From positions 10,850,001 to 10,914,000 of the forward strand of contig OZ059895.1 in the NCBI GenBank assembly GCA_964057225.1: a stretch of DNA of 64,000 bases. The letters run 5' to 3'. Shown piece by piece: positions 37,452 through 50,428 of this stretch (the stretch's first letter is position 1; each line of letters begins with the position of its first letter). The position numbers and the translations under genes are program-made. The stretch is from Auanema rhodensis. Lineage: Eukaryota; Animalia; Nematoda. A model generated the notes under the pieces. It saw nothing but the letters and a program-made list of their open reading frames with translations, was not told the DNA's origin and did no database searches.

Positions 37452-39128
37452 TTTTAAATTTTTCTAACGATCATGCCACGTTGAAAGAAAGCCATGCAGC
37501 TGATTTTCAATTTTATCTCTTCCGTAACAAATGTTTTCAATTTTCCAGCAGTTTTACTTAGATAGCTCAACCCAAGGCATCAAAATATTTTTAATCTTAT
37601 TTCTATATTACTGTTATGAACCAGTAGTTTATGAACCTTCATCTTAACTTTACTGTTTCTATCTATTTCCTGTTGAAACAAACATTGTTTAAACACTATA
37701 CAACTGTGAAACCTTTTCAATTTATTGTATTTGGAGCTCATAAGATTTGATATCATCGAGGGATTTAGATGGAACGTGGAAAATTACTTAACTAACATGA
37801 AATTGAAAAAAAAACCGTTCCATTCGGACTCCTCATATATGTAGCTGAAGGGTTAGAGCCAGACGACCAGAAGACCGAGGAATGGCTTCGCCTTCCCTCG
37901 TTCCCTTGGTTGGGAGTTCGCTTCTTAGCAAGCTCATGGACGGCTTGTAGTTCAGTCTTTTTTTTTATATTTATCTTATTGTAATGTATCTTTAACTTTG
38001 TATCCTATTATTGTAGTTCAATGTCAATAAACCTTTTCTTTCTCTCATCTTATGATTGACCTTATGCTCTTTATTCCTTACCGCTACACCAAGGAATACT
38101 ATGCGCGTCATAGTATAAACTAGGTTTATATTATCGACGCAGGAGCATAACGGAACGTGGAGGTTCCACCTCGAGCTCATCTTTTGAAAAAAAAAAATTT
38201 TTATTGTAAAAGTCCATTTTTGCATTCTAAATTATAAATTCCTCCACTTAAAACAACAAAATGAAGGCGCCAATTTGTTTTAAGGTACAGATACAAGGGA
38301 TCTCGTTTAAATGCGAGATAGGACCAATAAAATTTTTGCCCGCCGTCCTCAATTTAAAACCGTCTGAATGTCCACCCTTTTCTTTATCGTATCATGTACC
38401 GCTTCTCATGCCATTTTGAGGATGTTTGGATTGAAATAGAGGACAATTTCGCCAAACGAGAAATTATAGTTGTTCACATTTTTTTTTGGGCATAGAGAAG
38501 TTTGATTATCGGAACAAAAATTTATAAGACGCGCGCGATTGATTATAGTTTGTATATTTTGTGGTCAGGACTAGAATTCTGAAAAATTATTATATTCAGA
38601 CGTAAAAGATCATTTTACATATTACCAAAAACGGTTACATAAATTGAATATAAAAACAGACCACACTAGTCCGAAAAAGCCTGGTGAATCTGCAATAAGA
38701 GTTCTCAGCTCTTATTTGACAGTCAGGTCAAGTTGGCGGGAGCATAACTGCTACGGATTTTATCCCCGTAGATTATGTCACCTTCCTCAAGTCATTTCGT
38801 TGTTTCAACTCATAAGATACCCCTTATCTCCTACAGTAATCCTAAGTAAATTGGAAATGTTTAAAAATAGACGTATTTTTCTCATTTTCAAAAAGAAATT
38901 CGCTTAGGAAAACGCACTTTTGCTTATTTTGATCAAGAAAAAGGACAGCCTTTTTCAATAACTCTCCTCAAACCTCATTAGCATGCACAATGTCGAAAAC
39001 ATTCTGGGCAAAACATGCTATTTAAGGAAAAAGGAATAAGGAAAAGATTAAAAACATAAGTCCATATTCTTGACGAAAAGAGAGCAAAACGCATAAAAAT
39101 AAAAACACAGAGTACAAGCTTTATTCAG

Positions 39129-39485
39129 TCAAAAACCCCACTTGAAAGCTAGCTGTCTCTCAAACTCTGCAGCAAGAGAGATAGGCTCGTAACTGGGGGA
39201 GAGGTATTCGGGATACTCTCTCCCCAGTGAGGCCCTCAGCTGCAATCCAAGCGAAGAGCTATCATAACATACATAAATTTTAAACAACATTTTACATAAT
39301 AATTCATAGAATAAAGGCTGCCTCTCGGTATACCATCTCCAGGGACTTCCTACAAGTCCACACGGGAGAGCGGCATAAAAATGCGCGCACAGGTCACGGA
39401 GACAGAGACGCCCTACGAGCTCAATCTCGGGCGCAATTTCCGCCATAGCGGAAAAATTAACGAGGCCCCTGCCCAAATAGAACAT
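39129..39485 (-). CDS. Hypothetical protein, 118 aa
   Basis: ATG-initiated, GC-richer than flanks, AATAAA immediately after stop. Confidence 0.45.
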   Translation of the reverse strand: MFYLGRGLVNFSAMAEIAPEIELVGRLCLRDLCAHFYAALPCGLVGSPWRWYTERQPLFYELLCKMLFKIYVCYDSSSLGLQLRASLGREYPEYLSPSYEPISLAAEFERQLAFKWGF

Positions 39486-40066
39486 TTGCAGATCCTCAAT
39501 AAACTAAAATAGCAAAAAAAAATACTGAAAATTGAAATTGACTAATGCACCAACCATTAATATTATATCAGTATGGGGCCTATAAGCCAATCTCTCTTCA
39601 GCATCATAAAAGACAATAACGTCATACAGCTTTTGCATGACAAAGGTCATTCCAGTAGGCTGGACGCTCATTTTCAAAAATTCTTAGCTCTCAAAATAAT
39701 AAAATATAGCTTGGTAAACAAGAGAGAAAAGGGGGACAAAAACATGATTGAAAGCTACTCGTAAAGAGAGAAATTAAAGCAAGTACAAGCGGAAAGTGCA
39801 AGAGCGGATAAAAATAGTTTCAGAGAAAAGATAAACATCATTAACTATAATAAGCTTACGGTAGATAGGCGGAGTCAGATTGTTGGCCACGATTTGGAAA
39901 ACTCTCTCTCATTTACCCTCCGCATCGCCCAGCGAAGCACGACTATCCTATTGCTACCGAATCTCTCTCTCCCAACACACATCTAAAAGAATCTTACGCA
40001 CCTTACATCAACATCCCACACGTAGCTCACCATTCTTGGTTTTTCCAAACCAAAAGTCCTACAAAG

Positions 40067-40512
40067 GTGGCCAAAAGATTCTCATCGGATTTCCCAGCCC
40101 TTTACCCGTCCGATATCAACAGTGACGCTATTGTCGCAAGTCGTACCCGAAGCCGTACCCGACTTCTCAGTGTTCAAATAGAAGAACCGCACCAACCAGA
40201 CGAGAAGCCGAAGCCGCAAGTCGACAAGTTCTATACTCCCCGAGAAGACACATATTCACCTTCTGACGACACCGACAAAGACCCGGACTTCATCATAGCC
40301 GACGACAACACTCAAACTCCAACTACAAATCCCAAGGTACGCTCAGTTGATACTAATAAAAATTTGCAAAAAATTCAAAAGAAAAAGCCGACAACCGCAT
40401 CTGCCTCACCGGTAACCTCAGACCCAAACGCGTCGAACTTATCAGTTATCACTGATAACGCACTTTCCCCATCTCTCGGGTTAACACAAAGCCTGTCTCT
40501 CGAAACTAACAG
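40067..40512 (+). pseudogene. Low-complexity S/T/P/D-rich coding fragment truncated by LTR
   Basis: Open frame (SRTRSRTR, DKDPDF) cut at 40513. Confidence 0.35.
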
Positions 40513-40797
40513 TGTATTAAATAAACGATTTATTTCGATATTTCTTTTTAATTATAATTTACGATATTAATGAATATGCGACAAGTCGCTATGAGATCTT
40601 GGTAAGAACTGAAAAATGATAACTGGAATTAAGTTAACGTCAGTTCACGGACGTCAAAGTTGACGTGCATACAACCAATTCTATTATCTTAAAATGTTTA
40701 AAATGATAATTTAATTTACCCAAATAATTATATGAAACTTTATATTAACTATTAATTCTGAAGAATCTTATTCACTTTTCGTAAAAAATACGAAACA
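40513..40797 (-). repeat. 3' LTR of BEL B
   Basis: Minus strand TGTTTCGTA...AATACA, preceded by GCGCGGAA; AATAAA near end. Confidence 0.8.
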
Positions 40798-40871
40798 TTC
40801 CGCGCGAATTTTAGATTTATTTATTTAATGTTGATTTCTTTTTAATTATAAAATATTAATACAAAATTTAT

Positions 40872-41379
40872 TCATAGTTTCTTATTACATGGACATATTA
40901 TAAAATTATACTGTTTGGAGGTACAAAATTTACAAAGTTTTTCTCTCTTACAAGTTCCAGAATGCTTGTTCAAACATTTTAAACAAACTTTCAAACTTAC
41001 AGCTCTAGAGAATTTCTTAATTTTAGAGTTGTACTGAATACATTTTTCAGTTTCGTGCTTCTTGGAGCAAAGTTTACATGTTTTTTCCAATTTGAATGAT
41101 TTTTCGTGGAATTTTTGAGCTTTCATTTCATTCTGTTTATTGGACTTCTTAAGATTCCCTTTTTTGTTAGGTGTAAATACAATATGTTACCTCGTTTTCA
41201 TTTAATTCTTTTAGAAGTTTACAGAAGTTTCGTATATCGGCTTTTAAGTCGAAGATTTCGTTATTCAATTTGACGATTTCTTCTTGAACGTTCATATTTG
41301 TTGTTTCTTCTTCCATATTTTCTTCATCAAGAATACTTTCGTATATTTCAGCTACTTCTCGCTGATTCATGGTGGACAA
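40872..41379 (-). CDS. Spliced accessory gene of BEL B: acidic/coiled-coil exon plus three zinc knuckles (intron 41190-41148)
   Basis: 43-nt GT-AG phase-0 intron joins ORFs; CKLCSKKHETEKC, CLKCLNKHSGTC, CKFCTSKQYNFIIC; first ATG 41370. Confidence 0.7.
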
Positions 41380-41626
41380 CTGAGAAATTTAACTTTTTTT
41401 TTTTTTTATATACCCCTTTTTCTTCACGTAAAATTTCACGTAACGTGTTGTCGTAACGTGACTGCTCCGAAACCAAAAAAAACCAAATTTGGTGTTGAAA
41501 ATTACTTATATATCTTATCTTTATATATTTTTTATAGATTTACTGATTTATTATTAATTTTATTATTTTTTTTTCTCATTTATTTAAGTTTATTATAATA
41601 TTCATATGTGTTTTCGAAACAATTTC

Positions 41627-44600
41627 TCAAAAAAATTTTTTATAGTCAATTTTCCTATTCTTTCTTAGCCTATTCTTCCAAATTTCAATTTTTTCATCAT
41701 TCTCACAGGAAGTATGTACTTTGTCATGATTATTTAATAAAGATTGTTCAAGGGTTATTTTTTTTTCTTCTGACTCATTCAAAGTTTCGGATATTTCTAA
41801 AGGAATTAAGTGGATTACGGATCTTAGGAAACGGTTTCCTTCTGAATTTCTGATTTTTGCTGTTCGAATTTCCCCATCTTTAGAAGTAATCAGTTCTTCT
41901 ATAATGGCAAGTGGCCATTTGTGTCTTTTCACATTATTTTCCATACATAAAACAATTTCTCCGATTTTTGGTTGTAATTTATTGAAATTTTTTGTTATAC
42001 TTTTTCTATTACTCATGGTCCTTAATTCCTCAAGATAAGTTATGGACCAGTCTTTCCAAAAATTACTAATACTATCATTGCAGGAGTGCATCCACTCTTT
42101 AATTTCGTTCAAATTATTTAGATTAGATTTATTTGTCGTATGTACGAACTCACAAATGATATTATCTGGATGATAAAATTCTAAACGTTTTGGCGTTATT
42201 ATCTTATCGAAATCGCTGTTTATGTAGGAGATAGGTCTTAAATTTATAATATTTTCTATCTCAGTTAGTACTGTACTGAGTTCTTGGTATTCGATTTTTT
42301 TAATTCCTAGGGTTTTAATCAAATATTTCTTAGTTAAACCCACCATTCTCTCGTAAAAACCTCCTTTACAAGGTGAGTAAGGCGTAATTTTTTTACATTT
42401 TATTTGTTTGTTGTTTAAAAAACTTTCTAATATTTTGTCTGTTTTCACGAACTGACTTCCGTTATCAGATATTACCTTAGTAGGTACTCTTTTTCTTGCG
42501 AAAAACTTTCTTAGATTAAGTGTTAATTCTTTGCTAGAGCTGTCATTGGCTAAGTCCAAGTATACCGCTCTTGTACAGAGGCAAGTGATCAACATAATCC
42601 ACACTTTCTTATCAGAATTGGATTCTGTTTTCACTATTAATGGACCTGCATAATCAATACCGATATTCTCAAATGGTTTATATTTTACAACTCTTTCTTT
42701 TGGTAGTTGAGGAAAATTAGGGTATTTATAAGGTCTGTTATTAATTTTTTTTGCATTTCAAGCAATCGTGAATTACCATATTTATACAAGTTTTTAATTT
42801 TACGATAAAAAATTCCTTTCTTACTATACCCATCAAAGTTTCCCTGTTTGCATGTAACGAACTTTCATGCATGTAATTCAGAAGTAGTTTTGTAAATAAT
42901 TTCTTTCCAAATAGTAGTATTGGGTATGAATTTTTATCTTTATCGGAGTGGTCCATACGGCCCCTCACTTTTAAAATTCCATATTCGTCTTTAATGATAT
43001 CTAGTTGCTTGAATTTTTTCTTTTCCAGGTTTTTAATATTCTGGTTTTGATGAATTTTTATGAGAAATTTTTGAATCGTTTTATTTTTCGTCATTAAATC
43101 TTTTTCCTCGAATTTATCAAACATACTTTCTTTACACTTATTTGAGTTTTTCTTTATTTTAGTGACAAATGTCATTATTTGCCTAATTATATCAATTAAT
43201 TTTGGGTATGTTGAAAATTTTCTTGCTAAAAAATCTAAATCTTCATTTTCCGTTTGATTTATTTCGGATTTTATCAATAAATTGACTATTTTTTGCTGCG
43301 GTTCTTCGCAATGTTTTTCAATCACTTCTTCAAACGATTTAATATTTTTGTTTCGGTCTATTTCATTTTTATACCATTGAGGACCTTTAATCCATTCCTT
43401 GTAAACTGAATCTTCAACTTCTGAACCTCTTGTAGGTAAATCAGCTGGATTTGATTTTGTATTCACATAGAAAAACTGAATTGTTGTCTTCATTTTTTCT
43501 ATTTCTCTCACAATTTCGTTTATTTTATTCAGTCTATTACGAATATATATCTTTTTTGTTGGATTTTTGTGTAACCAACATAGTACTACTTGTGAATCAG
43601 TTAAAATTTTTATTTTTTCTAATTTTATATTCATTTCGCTGACGTTATCTTTCAACATTTTCATACCAAATAGTAAAGCTGTTAGTTCTTTCATTGGTAT
43701 GGTTCCTTCAATCATTGTTGAAGATTTAGAGCAAAGAAACTCAATTTTTTCTGTTTTTCCAGCTTCATTTACATATGCTAAATACGCAACACATGCTATA
43801 ACATCTTTAGATGCATCTGTGAATAATAAATATTCAAATTTTCCATTTTTCTCATTTATATCTTTCATTAATGACCTGTTAACCTCAACTTTAGCATTTT
43901 CTAACTTTGTATATAATTTTTTCCATAATATTTGTTGATGTTCTGGTATTTCTATATCCCAGTCAATTTTTAATTCCCATATTTCTTTTAGAAATAACCT
44001 AGCTTTGACGGTTAAAGGCTGAGTTAGACCTAATGGGTCGAAGATTGAATTAATGAAACTGAGGATAGTTCGTTTCGTTATTTTTTCTTCTTTCCATATA
44101 GGAATTTTTATTTCCAATTTGTCATTTTCTCCATCATAGTTCATTCCGAGAATTTTAAAGTTTGAATCTTTTATTCTATCGATTTCGGGAATTTTCATTC
44201 TTTCTACGGTTACGTTTGTATAAAATTCTCTGACATTCATGCCAATCTTTGAAAACAAATTTTTTACTTCACTATAATACTGTAATATTTGATTTTCATT
44301 TTCTACTTTTAACATTATGTTATCTACATAAATGTTACTTAAAATATTCTCGTTTAAATTACTTTTTTCTGTTTTTAAAAAAAAATAATGCTGGCTGCGA
44401 GTAGAAATAGTGAACTATTTACCCCAAAAGGTATTTTTGTGAATTTCAAGTTCATAATATCACTTTTCTGTGTTCCTTTGTTTATATCTTTGACCCATAA
44501 AATTCTGGTTAGATCCCTATGACTTTCGTCTAACTCTATTTGGTGAAACGCTTTTTCAATGTCTGTCTCCTATTAAGAAGTTTTTGCTTAACCTGAGTCT

Positions 44601-45673
44601 TATTAGCATGCCTGCTAAATTTGGCATTATTCCTTCGCCTTGATACAGTATATCGTTTAAAGATAGCTCATTTTTCTTTTTGCTTGATGCGTTCAATACA
44701 ATTCTTAGTTTTGTAGTTGAGCTTGATAGTTTTAAAACATAATGGTGGGGTATATAATATGTAAAGAATGGATGATTACTCCGAGGAGATTCTTCTAAAA
44801 TTCCTGTCCTCAGTTGTTCCTGTATGGTTTCATTATATTTTTCAAATATATCCTTTTTTCCTCTCAAAGTGTTCAAAATTCCATTTAGACAGCCTATACT
44901 CTTTCCGAAATTATCGTCAATTGACTGTATAACTTGTTTGACAGGAAACTTCACTTTAATTCTCCCATTTTGAACCCGAACGTTTTCATAAAAGTGCTGC
45001 CATGCCATTTTATTTTCATAGTTTCTAATTTTTTCTTTTGTTATTTTTGAGTTTTCGTCTTTTAATTTCAAGCCTGTTAAAAAGCACTGAATTTCAGGGT
45101 TTTCAATAACTGTTTGGTCAGTATTTTGACTTTGGGTACGTTGAGCGATTATTGGATGAATGATCGTTGGAACTATTATAATATCTTTCCCAATTTTGAT
45201 TGATTTGAACTCATTTATCATGAATTTCCAAAAATTATCCATTCCTATCAGTATAACAGGTTCTATATTTACTTTTTCTATAATTAGTTCGTTGTTTTTC
45301 ATACCGTATTTTTCTATTTCTGCATATTGCTCTTTTCCTATTTCTGGCATGTTGATATAATTAGTAATTTTATCAATACTTAATAGTTTGAATGTTTTGT
45401 TTCTTTCCGGAATCTTCCAAAGTACTTCTTTAGACACTATATCTTTAATGTTGTTGCTTATACTTGAAATTGTCAGATTTTTTCCTCCTATAACTTCAAG
45501 ATTTAAAATTTGAGCTGTTTCTTCTTTAATAAACGAATAATGTGAACATGAGTCAAATATTATTATCAGATTTTTATATTTAGAGTTGAAAAATGTTATG
45601 AAAAATGTGTTAGTTTTATTATTTTCTGAGTGGTTCACTTTTTCTGATAATAAATTTATTTCTGCTATTTCCT
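41627..45673 (-). pseudogene. BEL/Pao pol, frameshifted
   Basis: ORFs 44556-45638, 42741-44315, 41627-42634. Confidence 0.9.
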
Positions 45674-45953
45674 GTACTTGGATCGCAGACGGCTTGGGAA
45701 TCCCGGGTGCCGTAAGCTTTTCAAATTTTGTTAACGATCATGCCACGTTGAAAGAACGCCATGCAGCTGATTTTCAATTTTATCTCTTCCGTAACAAATG
45801 TTTTCAATTTTCCAGCAGGTTTACTTAGATAGCTCAACCCAAGGCATCAAAATATCTTCAATCTTATTTCTATATTACAGTTATAAACCAGTAGTTTATG
45901 AACCTTCACCTTAACTTTACTGTTTCTATCTATTTCCTATTGAAACAAACATT
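45674..45953 (+). repeat. Partial 5S unit (nt 75-119 plus spacer), duplicate of 32638 onward
   Basis: Same junction and same GGATCGCAG variant. Confidence 0.9.
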
Positions 45954-47659
45954 GCGCATTTGTTCCCTTTGTATGATCCGAACAAAATGCAATTGAACCT
46001 AGTAATGGAGGAAAAACTTACCGGTTCAACAAGGCCTCGGATAGCGACAATGGACTTAACAACATTTTCAAAAAAAAAGTCATTGTTATTAAGACATGGC
46101 CGGACAACATTGAGAGCTCTTGAGCAATCCTTGATGAACTGCAGCATCGACTGGCGTGTGGTATGGTCAGTTATCGATCTCACTCTTTCCTTGACTTCAT
46201 TGGCAGTCTGAAATGAATGTGTTAACCGAAAAGAAATGTTTTAATAAAATACTACAACTTCACTTACCACGACCAGATCGCTTGTATTGACATCCACTTT
46301 ACTATGCTGACGCATACAACAATAAATTAAAGATGATAAAGCCCGATATGATGCCTCTTCAACCACTGAAGCCTTCTGTCTCTATAAAAAATGAATTTTC
46401 CATTGTAAAATAAGTAGGTTCTACTCACCCTACAGTCTTTATTAACATAGAGTTGCTTGCGAAGTTCCGAGATAGGCAAGCCATCGTCTGCTTGCTTTAG
46501 CAAGCTTAATAAAGGGTGTGTTGGATCCGGAAAAAAAAACTTGAATATATGTGAACTTAATTAATAAAAGGTTGAAACAAATACCTGAGTTCATTTATCA
46601 ATCGGCACTGAGACATTCTGGCCTCGTATTTCACGTTTTTCTGTAAAATGGACGACTGTACTCCATAACAAGTTGAAAATACCAGATGTGGAAAAGACGG
46701 AATGATAACCGTTGATGTTGTTGAGGACTCGACGAGAATCTCTGCTGACTTCTCAGAACTCTGGAACTCAATCACGAGATTACTGGCCAATCCAGATTTC
46801 AAGTTCTTCCTGCACCTGTAATGTAACATGTAAGTAAATGTTTTATAATAAAGTAATTCTTACCAAGTCATGAAATTCCTGAACAGTTCTAGTGAACAAG
46901 GGACCACGTGCTTTGTATAACAGCCACGCAACTTCCTGTCGACGAATTTTTGACATATGGGACAATAACGTTTCTCCTTTTGGGTAACGGATGCATTGGC
47001 AGGAGAAGCTATGTGCGGACTGGAAAAAAATTTAGCAACGTACCAACAAGTAAGACTCACTTATCAATAAACACGAGGGTGTTGTGCTTCTCGCAGTAGC
47101 ACCATCTAGTCGGGCACTTACAACAAATGCAGGGATACTTGACCTTCTTCCACCTCCCTCCTCCTCTGAAATTGCAAAACGCTAATGCAAACTTTCGTAT
47201 AGAACCTTACTCATAATAGTCGAGTAGCAGCTGCTCACCCTTCCTGATAACTCGTTTCGCCATTATCAGTACCACCATTTCACCTCCAATATTTTTAGCT
47301 TGAAAACGACAGTTGGCGTGGGAATTCAATGCGTGGTTTATGATGTTTCCATAGTATCTTTTTCCATTTTCCACAGAAAATTCCTGGCCATACTTATAAC
47401 CATTTCTTTCGACCCTCCCGGGCAACAAAATAGCGTATTAATCCTGATGAGGCTCTATGATGTCGTCGGTGGTATAGTACGCGGTGAGTATTTCGTTTTT
47501 TTTGAAACACCTCGATGCAAACACCCCTGAAAAGCATAATTAATAATATGAAAACGTTGTCATACCTTTGCCTACTCCGCTCCTTTCCTTGATCTCAAGG
47601 TCTTTCCAATCTGTGGTCCTAATCGTCTCGAAGAGCCTGGCTTCTTCAAGCCTGTTCAT
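45954..47659 (-). pseudogene. Multi-exon SET-domain gene with downstream Cys clusters; in-frame stop, 3'-truncated
   Basis: Spliced GVGKGVFA motif, GNIINHALNSHANC, IRKGEQLLLDY; then CICCKC and CPIC...H; TAA near 47440. Confidence 0.75.
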
Positions 47660-47920
47660 CTTCAGAACCTAAAAAAATTACTATGAATGTTGAAAAAACA
47701 TTAAATAAAAAAAATAGACATATATAAAATATATTATTGTGTTGATAAAGGTGCAGTTAACAATGTCTTTAACAGTCCATAAATTTGTGCAATTTATCGT
47801 CTAGTAAATGGTAAGCCGACGTCGGCTACGTGGCATGCAAATTATTATTGTTTCTTTTTGTTGTCGTTATATTCTCTTGTTTCTTTTTGTTGTTCTATTG
47901 TTCATTTTTATCTTTCAGGA

Positions 47921-49700
47921 ATGGCTGTCTCAATCGAAGAAATATTGGATAAAGTATGCCCTATCTTCTTTACGGATCCAATAACTAACACCAGGCTACA
48001 AATAGCCAAAACAGAACTGAAGAAGAGGCTTAGAACAACATTCATAGTAAGTTTCGGTCATCTTTCTATTTTATTTTTCTTTTTTCAGCTACCTGCTGCG
48101 TTTGTTTCCATCACTAACCAAGACATCATCAATAGATTTGTATTACTACAAATACATATCTTACTGTTGATCATCTCCTATGAGGAGCAAACCGTTGAGA
48201 GTCGACGGAATTTTGTAAGTTTATTTATTTTTATTTACGTTACTATGATTGTATTCTTCAGCCCTAGAATGTTCTCCAATTACTCACGCTATTGCCTAGT
48301 ATATTCCAATTTAGTGAACCGTCGCCTTTTTTTTTTGGAGCCTGTTGTAAGCTACTTATTCCGCGACAATCCTTTGAGACGTATCTCTACTGCAATTTGA
48401 AAGGAAGGTACAAGTGAGTTTTTAGATTTTTTTCTATCTAGTATTCATTATTTAGATCTGGCCAAACTAGTCTCCTTTGTTCATCTTTTGATGATGGTTT
48501 GTTCATGTTCATACCAAGACTCTCCCGTCTTATCAACATAAGGAAAAGCATGCTGGTAACTGAACGTCAAACACAGTTAGTTTTTTGATGTATGTTGTTT
48601 TCCATTATGTAAATTTTATAGTGCTGATTCTTTCTGTAATTCCATACTACTTGAGGAATTATCTTCAGAAGATGTTTGGGTTAGCAACCTGGCTAAAATC
48701 ACTGCGGCATTTTTCTTTTGCCCAAAGTGCTGCTCCGCTCTTCTTCATATTTTTGGCAAAAGAAGCAATGAGATGTCAGAGCCAGAATTGTTTTTTGTTG
48801 AAAGAATTAAAGAAACTTTCTCTTTCGTAACGGTAGGTGGATATTTTGATTTAGTGTTGCACATACTATGGATTTCAGAAAGCTCCGATTACGTCAGGGG
48901 TAGCAAAATTCAACCGGCCTCACAGTTGGATCATGCAGAACGAGAACCTGAGTCAAGGAGAACACACCAACCATTATCTCCATGCCAGTTACTCCTCTTC
49001 CTAGAGTAGAGATACCTTTACCATCGCGCATCAATTCACCTGCTTCGTCTGAAGAATTGTTTCTTCATGAAGTAAGTTTAACTATCAGTAATAATATATT
49101 TTCATCTTCTAACAAACTGAACCTATGAACGTCACCGCCCATTTGGACTCCACCACTCCTTTTCCAGAAAGGGATAGCTTTTTGGTATCTTTGATTATAG
49201 TATTTGATATTATCTAGTGTTGAATTTTCAGTCTCCATCTCGGCCAAGTACATTTATGGTTGATCAAGTCACACCCATTCAACCCGCTTCCAATGTCAGA
49301 CGGCATAGATCAGCAGTTGCTAACTTTGATGATAGTGATAGTGAACCTGCACCGAAACAAAGACCTCTCAACTCCATCTCTGACCTCTTCTGCTCTAACG
49401 TCAACTGCCACGAGTTCCTCATCGATACGTGATACTACATCTTCCTCGACAGGAACCTCTAACTCTTCGTTCACAAACACCTCGCAGTCGCAGTCCGCTA
49501 TCAGCAGCGTTGCAGCAGGTCCCCGAGACTATACCATGTATAAGCAAATCGTAAGATCAGGTTTTTGAATTATTAAATTTGGTTTAAATCAGGTTAACCC
49601 TCCAGCCAACTTGCCATTGAACGCTACCTGTCGCGTTGTGGATGGTGACTTTGCGATTATGTACATGTGTCCGGCAACCGTGGGGAACCACCATGAAACG
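47921..49700 (+). pseudogene. Unknown multi-exon gene, divergent from SET gene, truncated
   Basis: TTTCAG before ATG 47921 and a series of short GT...AG introns; Ser-rich exon ~49240-49560. Confidence 0.4.
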
Positions 49701-50072
49701 GTTAGTTATGTAATTTTCCACGTTCCATCTAAATTCTTCGATGATATCAAATCTTATGAGCTCCAAATACAATAAATTAAAAAAGGTTTCACAGTTGTAT
49801 AGTGTTTAAACAATGTTTGTTTCAATAGGAAATAGATAGAAACAGTAAAGTTAAGATGAATGTTCATAAACTACTGGTTCATAACTGTAATATAGAAATA
49901 AGATTAAAGATATTTTGATGCCTTGGGTTGAGCTATCTAAGTTAAACTGCTGGAAAATTGAAAACATTTGTTACGTAAGAGATAAAATTGAAATTCAGCT
50001 GTAAAAAAATTTGAAAAGCTTACGGCACCCGGGATTCCCAAGCCGTCTCCGATCCAAGTACTAACCGGGCCC
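49701..50072 (-). repeat. Inverted partial 5S unit (5S nt 64-119 at 50072-50017 plus spacer)
   Basis: Reverse complement of array unit with small deletion. Confidence 0.9.
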
Positions 50073-50409
50073 TGTCACGGTCAACGTGAATATATGTACT
50101 TTTATTACGGTAACGTTTTGTTTGTCATTTTTTGAATTAACTCCACCCCCTTTAACCATCTGGTGCCTCCCTATAAAAGTTAGAACTAGATGGTTGAATT
50201 TTTATGTCTCACCAATTTTGAATTGATTTTAGGATTTTCTAGGAAATTCTAAAATCAATCCACTTGCTGTAATTCTCTTTACTGTTGTTGCATTTGTTGA
50301 ATAAACCTTTCTTCATTTTACTTGTTTCAACGCATAATACCGCACTCATACGAACCAACTCCATACTTGGACTGATACTTGGAGGTAAAAGTCCAGTTGT
50401 CAAGCGACA
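50073..50409 (+). repeat. 5' LTR of BEL C
   Basis: TGTCAC...GCGACA ends, TATAAAA at ~50172, AATAAA at ~50300. Confidence 0.9.
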
Positions 50410-50411
50410 TT

Positions 50412-50428
50412 TGGCGACCACAGCAGGA
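50412..50428 (+). promoter_or_regulatory. Primer binding site, probably tRNA-Arg
   Basis: TGGCGACCACAGCAGGA 2 nt after LTR end; complementary to a ...GGTCGCCA tRNA 3' end. Confidence 0.75.

Larger units (their letters stand above)
32638..37814 (+). repeat. 5S rDNA tandem array (528-529-bp full units and 399-bp deleted units)
   Basis: Unit starts at 33094, 33493, 34021, 34550, 34949, 35348, 35876, 36275, 36804, 37333. Confidence 0.95.
37815..40512. other. Unassigned single-copy insert with two divergent ORFs
   Basis: Begins abruptly in 5S spacer, ends at BEL B LTR; no recognised motif. Confidence 0.4.
40513..45673 (-). mobile_element. BEL/Pao LTR retrotransposon B, 5'-truncated
   Basis: Same domain order as A; NPADLPTRG, SDNGSQF, GGFYERMVG; 3' LTR. 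Confidence 0.93.

Noticed and set aside
37815-49701. CCGTTCCAT at 37815 and ATGAAACGG at 49693-49701 as transposon TIRs
   Set aside because: Only 8 of 9 nt, no TSD, the right one appears to lie within a truncated exon, and a 5S fragment lies between them
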